A DNA stretch of 64,000 nt from Armatimonadota bacterium (GCA_041690135.1 JAWLHY010000006.1:128001-192000); one strand, 5' to 3'; shown: positions 19,729 through 30,951, counted from the first letter of the stretch. Program-made: numbers and translations. The notes: generated from the letters alone by a model not told the origin.

Positions 19729-21000
19729 ATGTCCTCCGCCTTTGGTTCCCGCCGATCGTTCCTGAAAGCCGCCGCCGGTGTCGCCGGCGCCGCCGCCCTC
19801 ACCGATACCGCTTCCGAAGCCACTGCCGCTCCCTCGGAAGGCACCCTCATGTGCTACGTGGGAACCTTCAGCTCACCCCTGCGGGACGTGCTGCCCACCC
19901 AGGTCGACCTGCCCCCCGGCAACGGCCGGGGCATCCACCTGTTCGAAGTGAACCGGGAGACGGGCGTGCTGCGGCCGGCCGGGATCCACGAAATGGGCAC
20001 GAGCCCGAGCTGCCTCGCGCTGAACACCGCCGGGACCCGCCTCTATTCGGCCAACGAGACCGACCGCGTCGGCCCGGAGAAGGTCGGAACCGTCACCGCC
20101 TTCTCCATCAACCCGGCAGATGGACAACTGACACCCCTCAACACCGTCCGCTCCGGCGGCGCCGGGCCCACGTATGTGAGCGTCCACCCCTCGGGCAGGC
20201 ACCTCCTGGTGGCCAACTACTTCGGCGGCTCCGTTGCAGTGCTGCCGATCCTCCCGGATGGCCGCCTGGGCGAGGCGACCGACGTCAAGCTGGATGAAGG
20301 CTCCGTCGGCCCGACCCGCGCCCCGCACGCCCCTCCCGGCAGCTTTGCCTTCAGCGGCCACGACCGCACCCACGCCCACCAGATCCATGCCGATCCCTCC
20401 GGCCGCTTTGTGCTGCACGTGGACCTGGGCCAGGACCGGATCTACGTCTGGAAGTTCGACTCGGCCAGGGGCACCCTCTCACCCGCCGCCACCCCCTTCG
20501 TTTCCCTACCCCCCGGCGACGGACCGCGGCACTTCCACTTCCACCCCAACGGCAAATGGTTCTACTCCATCCAGGAAGAGGGCTCTACGCTCGTCTTGTT
20601 CGACTGGGACGGCGATACCGGCAAGCTCACGGCCCGCCAGACGATCTCCACCCTCCCGCCGGGCTACGCGGGCAGCAACTTCTGCTCGGAGATCCTGGTC
20701 TCCGAAGACGGCAAGTTCGTCTACGCCGGCAACCGCCTCCACGACAGCATCGGCATCTTCTCCGTGGGCCGCGACGGCCGCCTCAAGCACCTGGCGGATG
20801 AATGGACCCGCGGCAACTACCCTCGCAGTTTCACCTTCACCCCGGACGGACAGTTCCTCTACTGCTGCAACCAGCGCGCGGACCACGTCACCGTCTTCCG
20901 GGTCAACCGCCGCACCGGCGCCCTCAAGTTCACCGGCCACTACGTTCCCGTGGGCAACCCTTCCCACATCGTCTTCCTCAACCTGCCAAAGCGACCCTGA
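19729..21000 (+). CDS. pgl: Tat-exported 6-phosphogluconolactonase / lactonase beta-propeller
   Basis: SRRSFLK twin-arginine signal; VANY, HAH, DLGQD, GPRH, YPRSF. Confidence 0.85.
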   Translation: MSSAFGSRRSFLKAAAGVAGAAALTDTASEATAAPSEGTLMCYVGTFSSPLRDVLPTQVDLPPGNGRGIHLFEVNRETGVLRPAGIHEMGTSPSCLALNTAGTRLYSANETDRVGPEKVGTVTAFSINPADGQLTPLNTVRSGGAGPTYVSVHPSGRHLLVANYFGGSVAVLPILPDGRLGEATDVKLDEGSVGPTRAPHAPPGSFAFSGHDRTHAHQIHADPSGRFVLHVDLGQDRIYVWKFDSARGTLSPAATPFVSLPPGDGPRHFHFHPNGKWFYSIQEEGSTLVLFDWDGDTGKLTARQTISTLPPGYAGSNFCSEILVSEDGKFVYAGNRLHDSIGIFSVGRDGRLKHLADEWTRGNYPRSFTFTPDGQFLYCCNQRADHVTVFRVNRRTGALKFTGHYVPVGNPSHIVFLNLPKRP

Positions 21001-21298
21001 GTTCGTTTCACAGTTACCAGGGTGCGACTTCGACACAGAGGGACACGAGAGGGAGACAGAGCGGACACAGACGCCGCACTGGGGCTCGACACGGATGTCA
21101 CGGGTGGAGCGGGGCGGCCCGGATGAAGTGTTAGGGACGAATTCCAAGAGCCCGCCGCCCGCCACGGAATGAAAGACTGCGCCCACTACAGAGTGAAATC
21201 CCTTCGGGGCTTGCGCGACACACTACCGGTGCCTATCTGTGCAATTACTTCCCCGCCCCCTTTGATACGCGCGTTCCACGATCCCTGAGGGAAAGCTC

Positions 21299-21928
21299 AT
21301 GTTCCATTCTCATTTGTCTATCCAGTTCAGCCGAGTGCTCTTGTTCCGCGCTGCCTTGGCCCTGCTGCTTGCCCCCACCGCCGCCCGGGCCGAGCAGTTC
21401 GTCCTGTTCGACGTCACCTTCCCCTTCAGCAAGATGGATGCGGACACGTCCACCCCCAGCAAGTCCCACTACTACGTCAAGGGAGACGCCCTCAACCCCA
21501 AACGGCCAAAGGACTGGACCAGCCCCGTCGACTACCGCAACGGTACCGTCCACATCCGTATCGAGGTGCTCGACGCGCCGGAGAACGGCGAGCCCACCAT
21601 CTGGAACCTCTGCTACATCCCCAACAAGGGCCAGGGTAACGGCTACGGCTGCACCGCCACTCCCCTCTATACCGGCAAGGGCGTCTACGAGAAGGACGTC
21701 TCCATGAAGTCGTTCTGGCAGAACGATGCCATCATCTGGACCGAAGGTATCAAGCAGATGGACCTGGTGATCAAGGACAAGAACAATCTCCACGCCCACA
21801 AGCGCCCCGACCCGGAGAAGTTCTTCCCCACCCGGGTGCGCATTACCATGGTCCAGGTCTCCGCCGGCTCCAAGTACGATCCCAAGCTCGTCCCCAACCT
21901 CCCCCAGAACTCCACCCCCGCAAAATAA
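21299..21928 (+). CDS. Secreted hypothetical protein
   Basis: Signal peptide ending ARA-EQF; strong GC3 codon bias. Confidence 0.75.
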   Translation: MFHSHLSIQFSRVLLFRAALALLLAPTAARAEQFVLFDVTFPFSKMDADTSTPSKSHYYVKGDALNPKRPKDWTSPVDYRNGTVHIRIEVLDAPENGEPTIWNLCYIPNKGQGNGYGCTATPLYTGKGVYEKDVSMKSFWQNDAIIWTEGIKQMDLVIKDKNNLHAHKRPDPEKFFPTRVRITMVQVSAGSKYDPKLVPNLPQNSTPAK

Positions 21929-22015
21929 CGGGCATCCCAGCCCGCCTCCCTGGCTCTCGCGAGGCGCCGGCCCCCACGGCGCCTCCCGTCCCGCTAATCC
22001 CACCACCGGCGAGGC

Positions 22016-22225
22016 CCTTAGTGTGGACTCGCCGATTGCATCGGCGCCTGGCGACCCTGCCCCCGCCACCCGTCCCGCCAACCCCACCGCCGCCGAGGCC
22101 CCGTCCCTCGCGGCCTCTACCCCCAGCCTCTCGTCTTGACAACCCAACACCCGTCTCGCCTTTTAGTGTGGACTCGCCGATTGCCTCGGCGCCTCGCGAT
22201 CTGGAACTCGGATCCCGCGGCGCCC
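22016..22225 (+). repeat. Locus 2 of ~142-nt repeat family (two units)
   Basis: GTGTGGACTCGCCGATTGC(A/C)TCGGCG at 22021 and 22166, 145 nt apart. Confidence 0.85.
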
Positions 22226-22734
22226 CTCACTGCATCTCCGGCTCACCGAACCACCGCAGGCCAGCCGTCGGGGCTGGCCCCTTGTGGCTCCCCCTGGGGG
22301 GAGCGGCTTAAGCCGAGGGGGAGACGACCGTTCACGCCCGGCCGAAGGAACCGTGCCCGTCCCTCTCGCGGGAAGCGTTACTGCCAGGGGCTATCTTCCC
22401 TTTGAACCTCTGCGCCCCCCTTCGCGACTCCACGCTTTGGCACGAGATTTTCCACTCCCCTTCCCTCCCCTTTTCCGTATCATTGCGCATGCTCCGCGGA
22501 CAACTCTCCCTTTTCCCCCTCGCGCCCTTTGCGTCTGCGGTATGCGCTGCGCCGCCGCACGCAAGGGAAAAACGATCCCGCATAGGCCCGCCTTCCGGTT
22601 GCGGCGAGTCCGTGGCGCACAACGAGGTGGGGAGCATCTATGCTTGACCCCGATCCACCGGCCGAGGGCAGGAATCGGCCTCTCAAAGATGAAAGGGTCA
22701 GAGATCATGTGAGCCGTGTGAGAAGCAGGTACTG

Positions 22735-24618
22735 ATGAAAACCCTTACGGTTGTCATGCTCCTTGCCTGGGGAGGAATGCTCATCGGCAACGCCCGGTGC
22801 TTGGGGGCGGATGCCCCCTCCCGCGAGACGCTGGGCCGCCAGGTGAAGCTGAGAATCCTGGTGGACAAGGTGATGCAGCCCGAAGAGGGCTGGACCACCC
22901 AGGAATGGATGGTAAAGGAGACCGCGGGCGCAGGCTTCAACGTGCTCTCGCCCCGTCGCGGCTACGAGAACTTGGACGAGGTGCGCCAGGTGGCGGAGTG
23001 GTGCCGGAAGTACGGCATTTACTATATGCCCTGGATGCGGGGTTCCCTGAGCGCGCCGGATGGCCCCCAGGCAGACGGGAAACGCCTGGTGCGGGCCTCG
23101 GGGAAGGAACAGGCTCTCTATAGCCCCAACGCGGACGAGTTCTGGGAGTGGACCCAGCGCTACATCCTGGAGTATGCGCGGATCAGCGCCCGCAACCGGA
23201 ACCTGATGGGCGTCTTCCTCGACTACGAGAACTATGCCCCCGGCAAGGCCGGCGACTGCTACGATCTGTCCTACGACGAGATCATTCTGGGAAAGTTCGC
23301 GAAAGCCAGAAGTATTGCGCTGCCCCGGTTGGAGCCAGCCCGGCGAAAGGTCTGGCTGGACGAGCTCGGACTGCACGAAGAATTCCGCACGTTCCAGATC
23401 AACCACTGGCGCGAGCGCTGCCGGGCTCTCCGGCGGGCCGTCGACGCCATCGATCCGACGTTCCAGCTCTGCATCTACCCGGCGCCAGGTACGCCCTTCG
23501 TGGTCGAGGCCTGCTACCCGGAGTGGTCGAGCAAACGCGCCCCCATCATCCTCGCGGACCCCTGGGTCTACGGCCGTCCTTCGCGCTTCATGCCGCAGCG
23601 CGAGGCCCTGGAAGAGAATCGCCGGAAGCTGCTGCGCGGTCGGGAGGTACCGGAGAAGGCCGGTATTCCGTTTATCTATGTTGGAGGCGTCGACCCGGTG
23701 GTCACCGGCGCCGACCCGGAGTTCTCCGGGAAGAACGCCGTTATGCTCTCGGACACCGCCCACGGCTACTGGGTCTTCTACGAGGGCCCCACCTACACCA
23801 AGCAGGACCATCGTGACTACTGGAAGTGGTTCACCTGGGCCAACAACGCCATCGCTGCCGCGAATCTCAAGGCCTGGCACGAGCCCCGGCAGACGCCGGG
23901 GGACTCCCCGCTCGCCGCCTTGAGGAGCGAGGCCGGACAACTGCGGGCGGTGGAGCCAGCCACCCATGGGGTGAAGGTGGAGATCCCCGCGGTGCGACTG
24001 CGTGGGGAGAACCGGATGGTGCTTAGCTGCAAGGCAGGAACGCCGGTGGAAGTTGTGCTGGGCAACCACCCCGTTAGCGAGACCCTGTCGCTGCTCGTCT
24101 GGGAACTGTACAGTCCAACGCTGGCAAAAATTGCTGGCGGTACAATTCCCGCCAGACAAGCAGGTGCCGTGCGCTTTACACCAAAATCCGACGGCATCTA
24201 CATCCTCGGGACTTCGGCGGGGCGCTGCGCCTACTCGGTGACGAGCGCTAACATCCCGATCGGTCTCTTCACGGGCGATGGGGTCTCGCTCATTCACGAG
24301 GCCCGCCGCCTCTACTTCCACGTTCCGGCAGGCGTCCGGGAGTTCACGGTAGTCGGGCGCGGCGGTGGCGGGGAAACGGTCCGAGTAAATGTATTCGACC
24401 CGCGCGGCAACCGCGCGGCAACCGGTCAGACCACCCTCCAACAAAGCCGGATCGAAGTCACCGTGCCGGTCGGCGCCGATGGCGGAAAGAGGTGGTCGGT
24501 GGAGGTTACCCGAGCGGACGCAGGGACGCTGGAGGACAGCCGGATCTGGCTGGATCCGAAGCTCCCGCCCATCCTATCGCTGGTACAAGAGCACGCCTTC
24601 CAGCGCAGCGGGCACTAA
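22735..24618 (+). CDS. Secreted protein, possible glycoside hydrolase-like TIM barrel plus beta-sandwich domains
   Basis: Signal peptide; GVFLDYENY and aromatic-rich N-terminal domain; beta-rich C-terminus; family assignment is inference. Confidence 0.6.
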   Translation: MKTLTVVMLLAWGGMLIGNARCLGADAPSRETLGRQVKLRILVDKVMQPEEGWTTQEWMVKETAGAGFNVLSPRRGYENLDEVRQVAEWCRKYGIYYMPWMRGSLSAPDGPQADGKRLVRASGKEQALYSPNADEFWEWTQRYILEYARISARNRNLMGVFLDYENYAPGKAGDCYDLSYDEIILGKFAKARSIALPRLEPARRKVWLDELGLHEEFRTFQINHWRERCRALRRAVDAIDPTFQLCIYPAPGTPFVVEACYPEWSSKRAPIILADPWVYGRPSRFMPQREALEENRRKLLRGREVPEKAGIPFIYVGGVDPVVTGADPEFSGKNAVMLSDTAHGYWVFYEGPTYTKQDHRDYWKWFTWANNAIAAANLKAWHEPRQTPGDSPLAALRSEAGQLRAVEPATHGVKVEIPAVRLRGENRMVLSCKAGTPVEVVLGNHPVSETLSLLVWELYSPTLAKIAGGTIPARQAGAVRFTPKSDGIYILGTSAGRCAYSVTSANIPIGLFTGDGVSLIHEARRLYFHVPAGVREFTVVGRGGGGETVRVNVFDPRGNRAATGQTTLQQSRIEVTVPVGADGGKRWSVEVTRADAGTLEDSRIWLDPKLPPILSLVQEHAFQRSGH

Positions 24619-24659
24619 CGGTGAGCTTCGGGGATAGAAACGGACTCCGCGCCCCGTGC

Positions 24660-24760
24660 TGCCTACCAACCTTCACCGGGCTCCAGTGGGAGTCCGGACA
24701 CCCGGGTGCCCTTTGGGCGGGGCGCTTCGCGTCCTTGCCTCCGGATCCCGCTTCCACAGA
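24660..24760 (+). repeat. Locus 3 of ~142-nt repeat family (single unit, hairpin interrupted)
   Basis: TACCAACC...GTGGGAGTCCGGACAC...GGCGCTTCGCG..TTGCC.CCGGATCCCGC matches 18746-18822. Confidence 0.75.
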
Positions 24761-25005
24761 CCTGCCTCCCCTATGGCCCCCTGCCTGCCCAATCCGCGTC
24801 CTCGCCACGGCTTGGCGCACCAATTCCGAACAATTCCCAAAGAACCGTACCCGCATGGCCAAACCACCGCTCCGCATCTTTCTAATCTTGACCATCTGTG
24901 GACTCTTCTGGCACGGCCGGCTCTCGCTCGATCACCCGTACACAAAGCGGGCTCGCCCCCAAAAGACGAGCCCGGAAAGCTTAACTGTAAGAGGGCATGC
25001 GAGAA

Positions 25006-25665
25006 CTAAACTGATCGCTGCCGCCTGAGGAAAACAACCACCCCCAGCGCCGGCAAGAAGAGCAACACCGCACCCGGCTCCGGCACAGCCGCAGGCGCAG
25101 GCACCGCCGACCCCTGAACTTCAAAGGCCCATTGGCTTTCGTCTGCGCGAACGCTCCAGGCCGCTGGCGAAAGATCGCTCCTGGACATGGCCCATCCTTT
25201 CTTCGCTTGTTTGTTCCGGAACCACAGCACGACCGCGTCCCCGGTCGCCTCTCCTGCTAACCAGTAGGTGGAGTTCGCGTTCAACACCGTTGTGCCCGAA
25301 AAGTTAGCTGCTGCCAATGCGCTCGTCGTCGGCGCCGAGGCGAGGGTCGCCGTCTCTTGCAGGGCGCCCGGCCGGCCCCCCTCGTCAGCTAGAATGTGGA
25401 CCTTAACGGCTGTGTTGCTCCCGGCATAGTGCTGTAGAGCTAGCCGAACCTGTTGGAGATAAGCGCTGCTACTTCCCACGGTGAAAGCGTTTGCGAAGAT
25501 GTAGTTTCCGGCGGATGGGCCGGCGATAGCTCCGTCCGGCGCGATGATGTACGTATCACCCGGTCCAAGGTTCGAATAGATCGTCGTCTGCGCCGCCGCT
25601 GGCCGCGCTCCCCCCAGCAGCCCCACGGCCAGCGCCAGCGCACCTAACCAACACCACCGTTGCAT
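25006..25665 (-). CDS. PEP-CTERM sorting-domain surface protein (choice-of-anchor R-like)
   Basis: Signal peptide; TIYSNL, AFTVG, STYWL; C-terminal VPEPG + TM + RRQR. Confidence 0.85.
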   Translation of the reverse strand: MQRWCWLGALALAVGLLGGARPAAAQTTIYSNLGPGDTYIIAPDGAIAGPSAGNYIFANAFTVGSSSAYLQQVRLALQHYAGSNTAVKVHILADEGGRPGALQETATLASAPTTSALAAANFSGTTVLNANSTYWLAGEATGDAVVLWFRNKQAKKGWAMSRSDLSPAAWSVRADESQWAFEVQGSAVPAPAAVPEPGAVLLFLPALGVVVFLRRQRSV

Positions 25666-25952
25666 CTGCATTCCTTTCCGGCCGCCCCAGACCCCATTGC
25701 AATTTGGCAATGGAAGAGTGGCTGTTCGGTTGTAGCGCAGCTCCGTCAAACCTCCGTCAGGCGAGCGTCAAAAGCCCTGGCAAACGCCCCCCACCGGCCC
25801 TGTGTGTTACGTCGGCTCCGTCCCGGAAACCAATCAACCCTCACAGTCCCGCTGGCGAGTGGTATCCTGGCGACACACTTCATTCCCGGCGCCGGAGGAT
25901 CTAATCAGCCATCCTCCGAACGGTATTTCTCACGATACTTAGCTGGTATCAG

Positions 25953-27398
25953 ATGAAGCAGATTACCACTCTCATAGCCGAGCTTGCATCCGGCGATCTC
26001 GAGAAACGGGCCGCTGCGTGGGACGTACTCCGGAGCATAGAGCCCGATGGCCCGGTAGTCCTTGCATTAACTGACGCACTCTACGGCCACGATCGGAGGG
26101 TGCGCCAGGTCGCCGGCCGAGCACTCGCCAACATCGGCGCGGATGGGATCGACGCTCTCGCTCTCGCCCTCTCCCACTCCCGGCGATCCGTCCGAAGGGC
26201 GGCTTTCGAGGCCCTCGACGAGTTGGGTCCTGCCGCCGCCCCGGCGGCGGAGGCCTTGATGCGGGCCTTCACCGATGCGGCCCCGGAGGAGCGGCTCTTT
26301 GCGGCTCGTGTGTTGGGCAACATCGGTCCTGGTTCCGCACCCGCGGTACACGTTCTCGCCCGCGCCCTCTCGGACCCGGAGATTCGGGTGCGCCAGGCGG
26401 CGGCCCGTGCGCTCGACGAGTTGGGTCCTGTCGCCGCCCCGGCAGCTGAGGCTTTGATGCAGGCCCTCAGCGACCCGGACCATCAGATGCGGAGGATTGT
26501 TGCCCGAGTGCTGGGCAACATCGGCCCTGATGCTGCGCCGGCGGTCGCTGTCCTCGTTCACGCCCTCACTGATTCCAATAAAGATGTGCGATGGAATGCC
26601 GCCCGAGCACTGGGTAACATCGGCCCTGCGGCTGCAATAGCCGCTGAGCCTCTCACTCGCGCCCTTTCCGACTCGGATAATCCCGTACGCCAGGCAGCGT
26701 TCGAGGCATTGTGCAAGGTGGGTGCTCCCGCGGTTGGTGCTCTCGTGGAGGCCCTATCACCGGGTGACTGGACGGTGCGGAGGGATGCGGCGATGGCGCT
26801 TGGCAGGATCGGTACCGCTGCCGGGCCCGCCGTTGACGCCCTCACTCACCTCCTGTCGGATAGTAACGAGAATGTCCGACGCGCGGGCGCCGTGGCACTA
26901 GCGGGAATCGGCCCTGCAGCGCTCCCAGCCGTCGACGCCCTCTCACAAGTTCTCATTGACTCCAACCAAGGGGTGCGGCAAGCGGCAGCCCGAGCACTGG
27001 GAGCGATCGGTCCCCCCGCCGCTCGCGTTTTCACCTCACTTGTCCAGCTACTTGGCGATCCTGCGGCTAAGGTGCGGAAAAGTGCCGCCAGGGCACTTGG
27101 CTCCATCGGGGTTCGCGCTACCTTACCAACTCTGCAAGCTGCCGCCCAACTTGAAACCGCACCGGAAGTCCGCAGCGCGATCGTGGAAGCGATCCAATCC
27201 ATCGAGGAAGCCACTCACCACCTTCGCGATGTTCCCATCACCGCGACAGCACCAGCTTCCGACGCCCACCGGCTCCCACGACCCTCCTCTCCTGCACAAC
27301 TACAACCGGAAACGCTCCCAATCCCCGTCCCTCCGCAGGACGACGACTGTTCCCGTTCCAAACGCACTTCCTGGCTCACCCGCCACTTCCACCCCTAA
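25953..27398 (+). CDS. HEAT / PBS-lyase repeat protein
   Basis: About 12 repeats of ~33 aa: L..ALSD....VR..AARALG.IGP.A. Confidence 0.9.
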   Translation: MKQITTLIAELASGDLEKRAAAWDVLRSIEPDGPVVLALTDALYGHDRRVRQVAGRALANIGADGIDALALALSHSRRSVRRAAFEALDELGPAAAPAAEALMRAFTDAAPEERLFAARVLGNIGPGSAPAVHVLARALSDPEIRVRQAAARALDELGPVAAPAAEALMQALSDPDHQMRRIVARVLGNIGPDAAPAVAVLVHALTDSNKDVRWNAARALGNIGPAAAIAAEPLTRALSDSDNPVRQAAFEALCKVGAPAVGALVEALSPGDWTVRRDAAMALGRIGTAAGPAVDALTHLLSDSNENVRRAGAVALAGIGPAALPAVDALSQVLIDSNQGVRQAAARALGAIGPPAARVFTSLVQLLGDPAAKVRKSAARALGSIGVRATLPTLQAAAQLETAPEVRSAIVEAIQSIEEATHHLRDVPITATAPASDAHRLPRPSSPAQLQPETLPIPVPPQDDDCSRSKRTSWLTRHFHP

Positions 27399-27461
27399 CC
27401 GCCGCCGCTTCCGTGGCCGGCAGGCGCCACCCGAATCACTGGCGAACCACCTCCCACCCTG

Positions 27462-27484
27462 CCCAATCTGTGAAATCTGTGGCT
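27462..27484. repeat. 23-bp direct repeat, copy 1
   Basis: CCCAATCTGTGAAATCTGTGGCT, identical at 32327-32349. Confidence 0.9.
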
Positions 27485-27495
27485 CCCCCATCACC

Positions 27496-30400
27496 TCACG
27501 CCGCGTACCGCCCCGCATCCACTTCCCGCGCCTGCCCCAGCGACACCAGCGTCGCCAGCAGCATCTCCAACCGGTCGACCCGCGCCCCCTTGAAGCCCGC
27601 CGCCAGCTCCTTCGCGCCCGCCACCGCGCCGTAGGCCACCAGCGCCGCCCGCACGGCCCGCGCCTGCTCTGGCAGCGACTTCGGCCACGCGATCTTCTCC
27701 GCTTTGGCCGCCTTCACCACCGGGGCCGCCTCGTCGCCGGTATCCAGCGCCGTCTGTCCCGCTCCCTGCGGGTTCTGGAACTCGGGCCGCAGCCAGCGGA
27801 CCAGCCCCCGCCGCTCCTCCGCCGCCCGCTCCGCGTTCAGGGCCACCACGCGCTCCAGGATCTCCTCGTCGGTGAGCGTCGCCGGCCACCCATATGCCGC
27901 GAACACCGCCGCATCCAGGTCGTCGTGGATCTGCTTCAGCACCGAGACCAGCCCCTGCTCGTGGACCACCTTCTCCTTCTCCGTCAGCGCCTCTCCCGCC
28001 CGCAGCTTCTCGAGTACGGCATATATATCTGTGAGCGTGAGAGATGGATACAGAGCCTGCTGACGCTTGCGATGGAGGTCCAGTTGCTCGCCAACCAGCC
28101 GTATAGAGTTCTTCTGAGCGAGTTGCGCATCCGGAAACGGAAATGGATCAAAGCATCGGGTCTTGGTGTACCGCGGGTCGTTTCCAATTCCAAGTCGACT
28201 GCCCGCAGCCAAAGCCCAGGTAACGTGAATACGAGATGAAAGAACTCCCAGGTGAAAGGCATCACTAGAGGCGAACGCAATAAGCATGTTGTCCGGGAGT
28301 ACCCGTTCAGGGAGAAAGACGAAATACCTTCGACGAGCTGTCTCAATCGTCGCGATGTATCGATCAAGACCAGCAAGCGCTTTGCGTAGTTCCGGCCTGG
28401 GTTTTCCGAACAACCACCAGAAGGCTGCATACTGACTGGCGTCAGCAGTTCGGCCCGCACTGGCATCCCGTTCCGGTTTGACGCGTTCGTGAACCCACTG
28501 GTAGACTTCGGGGAAACGAACTCGCACGGATTCAGCGTCCAGTCCGAAAAGGTCGATTACCATCACCCCTCGGGCTTTGGCACTCAAGTCTCGCCCGTTC
28601 AAATAGGGACGGATATGCGCCTCCATCCCCTGAAGTCTACCGAGACCGAGTTGGGCTGCTTCCACTGGCGTGACGATAAAGCCGCTCCCGTGGAGCTTGA
28701 CACCGGGGCTGCATAGACGGTCATTTGCCCGAAGTGCCAATGCCCCCGCAACGTCAGCACCGATGCTGAGGTCCGAGTGAAGCTTGCCTAAACGCCCCAT
28801 CAGCTTTACTTCGCAACCATCGCCATCTCCTGGAAGCTCTGAGGTCACACGCTGCAGCAGACCTGATTGTCCACCTGGGACGCCAACGGTTATGGCGATC
28901 CGGACATCTGCACCTTCTGCGGCGTCGACCCAGGGATGATCCGGGATCGCGAAGTCAAGCGATAGTGGCGGAGTCGCTGAAAGGTGACGCTGCACCACAC
29001 GCCTGTTGAACGTCTGTGGCAGGCTGTTGGTCGTGATCAAACCAAACCGCCGGACTTGACCACTCCGCACCAGATCGGCCGCCCGGTCCCACCAGTACAT
29101 CACATAGTCACTGCTTTCCGGCACTTCGGGATAGATCCGCCGCAGGGTCTCGGCGTAGCCGTCACCCAGGGCCGTGCGCATCCGCCAGTTGCCGATAAAG
29201 GGCGGGTTACCGATGATAAAGTCCGCCTCCGGCCACTCCGGCCGGTGTGGGTTCAGGTAGCGCAGCAGGGGAATGCGTGCATTCTCGTCCGGCACCTGCT
29301 CCCCGGTAACGGGGTGAGTTTTCATCGTGCGGCGGTCCCACACCGTTACTGGTTGGCCGTTCTCATCGAGCAGTGGCTCGGTGCCGTCGTAGGCCAGCAC
29401 GGCATCCCGGCACTCGATGTTGTGGAACTTCCGGATCACCGGCTCGCGGGGCAGGGCGTCCCCACGCGTGCGGAAGTGCCACTGCAGGTAGCCGATCCAC
29501 AACACCAGGTCCGTGATCGCGGCGGCGCGGGGATTGATCTCGATGCCCAGTAACTGGTGCGGGTCCACCGCCAGGCCGCTGGCGTCGTAGTCGAGGCTGA
29601 GCTGGCCCAGGCTGTCCAGTGCGTTGAGCACTTCCCCTTCCAGCCGCTTCAGGTGCTCCAGCGTTACATAAAGGAAGTTGCCGCTCCCGCACGCCGGGTC
29701 CAGCACCCGCACGTTGCACAGGTCGCGGTGGAACTTCCGCAGGATCTCGGCGGCCGCCGGCGTATTTCCCTCCCGCTGGGCGGTGAGGGCGGCCGCCTGC
29801 ACGTCGGTCCACTCCTCGCGCAGCGGCTCGATAATGGTGGGCATCACCAGCCGCTCCACGTAGGCGCGGGGCGTGTAATGCGCCCCCAGCTTGTGCCGCT
29901 CCACCGGGTCGAGGGCCCGCTCCAGCAGCGTGCCGAAGATCGCGGGTTCCACGTCCCGCCACTCCGCCTCGCTGGCGCGGATCAACAACCCCAACTGCTC
30001 GCTGGTGAGAGGCAGCGCCTCCACGTTCTCAAACAGACCGCCGTTGAACTGCAGCAGCTTCTGGCGCACGATGGGCGAGAACCCGCCGTGGTTCATAGCT
30101 TCCCACAGGCTGCGGACCATATCCGGAAACAGGTGCGGCTCGTCCCGGAGGTCCTGGAGCAATTTCGTGAAGCTCTCGGAGGGAATGAGCCGCACGTCCT
30201 CCGCGAACATGGTGAAGATGCAGCGCATCAGGAACTGCGCCACCGCCTCCGCGGCGTGGCCCGAGGCCTCCAGCGACTTCGCCAGCACTGCGAGCTGCTG
30301 GGCCACCTCGCGGGTCACGCGGGCGCTGCGCCGGCTGGGGTCGAGGGCCAGCGGGTCGAGCCAGAGACCGCGCAGGCGCTCGCGGATCTCCGGTCGCGCC

Positions 30401-30951
30401 AGGTCGGCCAGCAGGATCCGGTGGCTGCGCGGGTCGGGAAACGGGATGTACGTCTTCCCGGATCGGGAGAAGTCGGCGTAAAGCTCGATCGAATAGCCCA
30501 CGTCGACCACCACCAGGAACGGCGGCCAGCCTTCCACCAGCGGCAATGCCTTCGCGTACTGCTCGGCCTGCCCGCGGGCCGCGAGCATCGCGTCGTCCCA
30601 ACCCTGCGTGCCGCGGGTGGCCGTCCCCTTCTTCTGCTTCTTGCTCTTGCCATCCAGCCCCGGGGCCGGCGCGCGATCGCTCCCCTGCTTAGCTTCCAGC
30701 ACAAAACAGGCTCGCCGGTACAGGTCAATGCGGCCGACGCTGGTGGTCCCGTCCCCATTCTGGAAGGTCACCGACCGTTCGAAGACGTAGTCGTTCTCCG
30801 CGTCATCCGGCTGGGTTGGGTTCGGCCGGGGCACGCCCAGCACGTCGCACAATTCGGAAAGGAAAAGCTGGTAGTTTGCCCGCTCGGCCGCACCGGAGCG
30901 CGACCAGCGGTCCAGAAACGCCTGCAGATCGGAGGGTTCAATCTCGTGCAT
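27496..30951 (-). CDS. MmeI-family type IIL restriction-modification enzyme (fused endonuclease, N6-adenine methyltransferase, TRD)
   Basis: N-terminal RIDLY...LEAKQ (PD-D/ExK); FNGGLF; IFGTLLE; GAHYT; motif [11 protein letters not shown]; motif IV GNPPF; PFPFP. Confidence 0.92.
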   Translation of the reverse strand: MHEIEPSDLQAFLDRWSRSGAAERANYQLFLSELCDVLGVPRPNPTQPDDAENDYVFERSVTFQNGDGTTSVGRIDLYRRACFVLEAKQGSDRAPAPGLDGKSKKQKKGTATRGTQGWDDAMLAARGQAEQYAKALPLVEGWPPFLVVVDVGYSIELYADFSRSGKTYIPFPDPRSHRILLADLARPEIRERLRGLWLDPLALDPSRRSARVTREVAQQLAVLAKSLEASGHAAEAVAQFLMRCIFTMFAEDVRLIPSESFTKLLQDLRDEPHLFPDMVRSLWEAMNHGGFSPIVRQKLLQFNGGLFENVEALPLTSEQLGLLIRASEAEWRDVEPAIFGTLLERALDPVERHKLGAHYTPRAYVERLVMPTIIEPLREEWTDVQAAALTAQREGNTPAAAEILRKFHRDLCNVRVLDPACGSGNFLYVTLEHLKRLEGEVLNALDSLGQLSLDYDASGLAVDPHQLLGIEINPRAAAITDLVLWIGYLQWHFRTRGDALPREPVIRKFHNIECRDAVLAYDGTEPLLDENGQPVTVWDRRTMKTHPVTGEQVPDENARIPLLRYLNPHRPEWPEADFIIGNPPFIGNWRMRTALGDGYAETLRRIYPEVPESSDYVMYWWDRAADLVRSGQVRRFGLITTNSLPQTFNRRVVQRHLSATPPLSLDFAIPDHPWVDAAEGADVRIAITVGVPGGQSGLLQRVTSELPGDGDGCEVKLMGRLGKLHSDLSIGADVAGALALRANDRLCSPGVKLHGSGFIVTPVEAAQLGLGRLQGMEAHIRPYLNGRDLSAKARGVMVIDLFGLDAESVRVRFPEVYQWVHERVKPERDASAGRTADASQYAAFWWLFGKPRPELRKALAGLDRYIATIETARRRYFVFLPERVLPDNMLIAFASSDAFHLGVLSSRIHVTWALAAGSRLGIGNDPRYTKTRCFDPFPFPDAQLAQKNSIRLVGEQLDLHRKRQQALYPSLTLTDIYAVLEKLRAGEALTEKEKVVHEQGLVSVLKQIHDDLDAAVFAAYGWPATLTDEEILERVVALNAERAAEERRGLVRWLRPEFQNPQGAGQTALDTGDEAAPVVKAAKAEKIAWPKSLPEQARAVRAALVAYGAVAGAKELAAGFKGARVDRLEMLLATLVSLGQAREVDAGRYAA

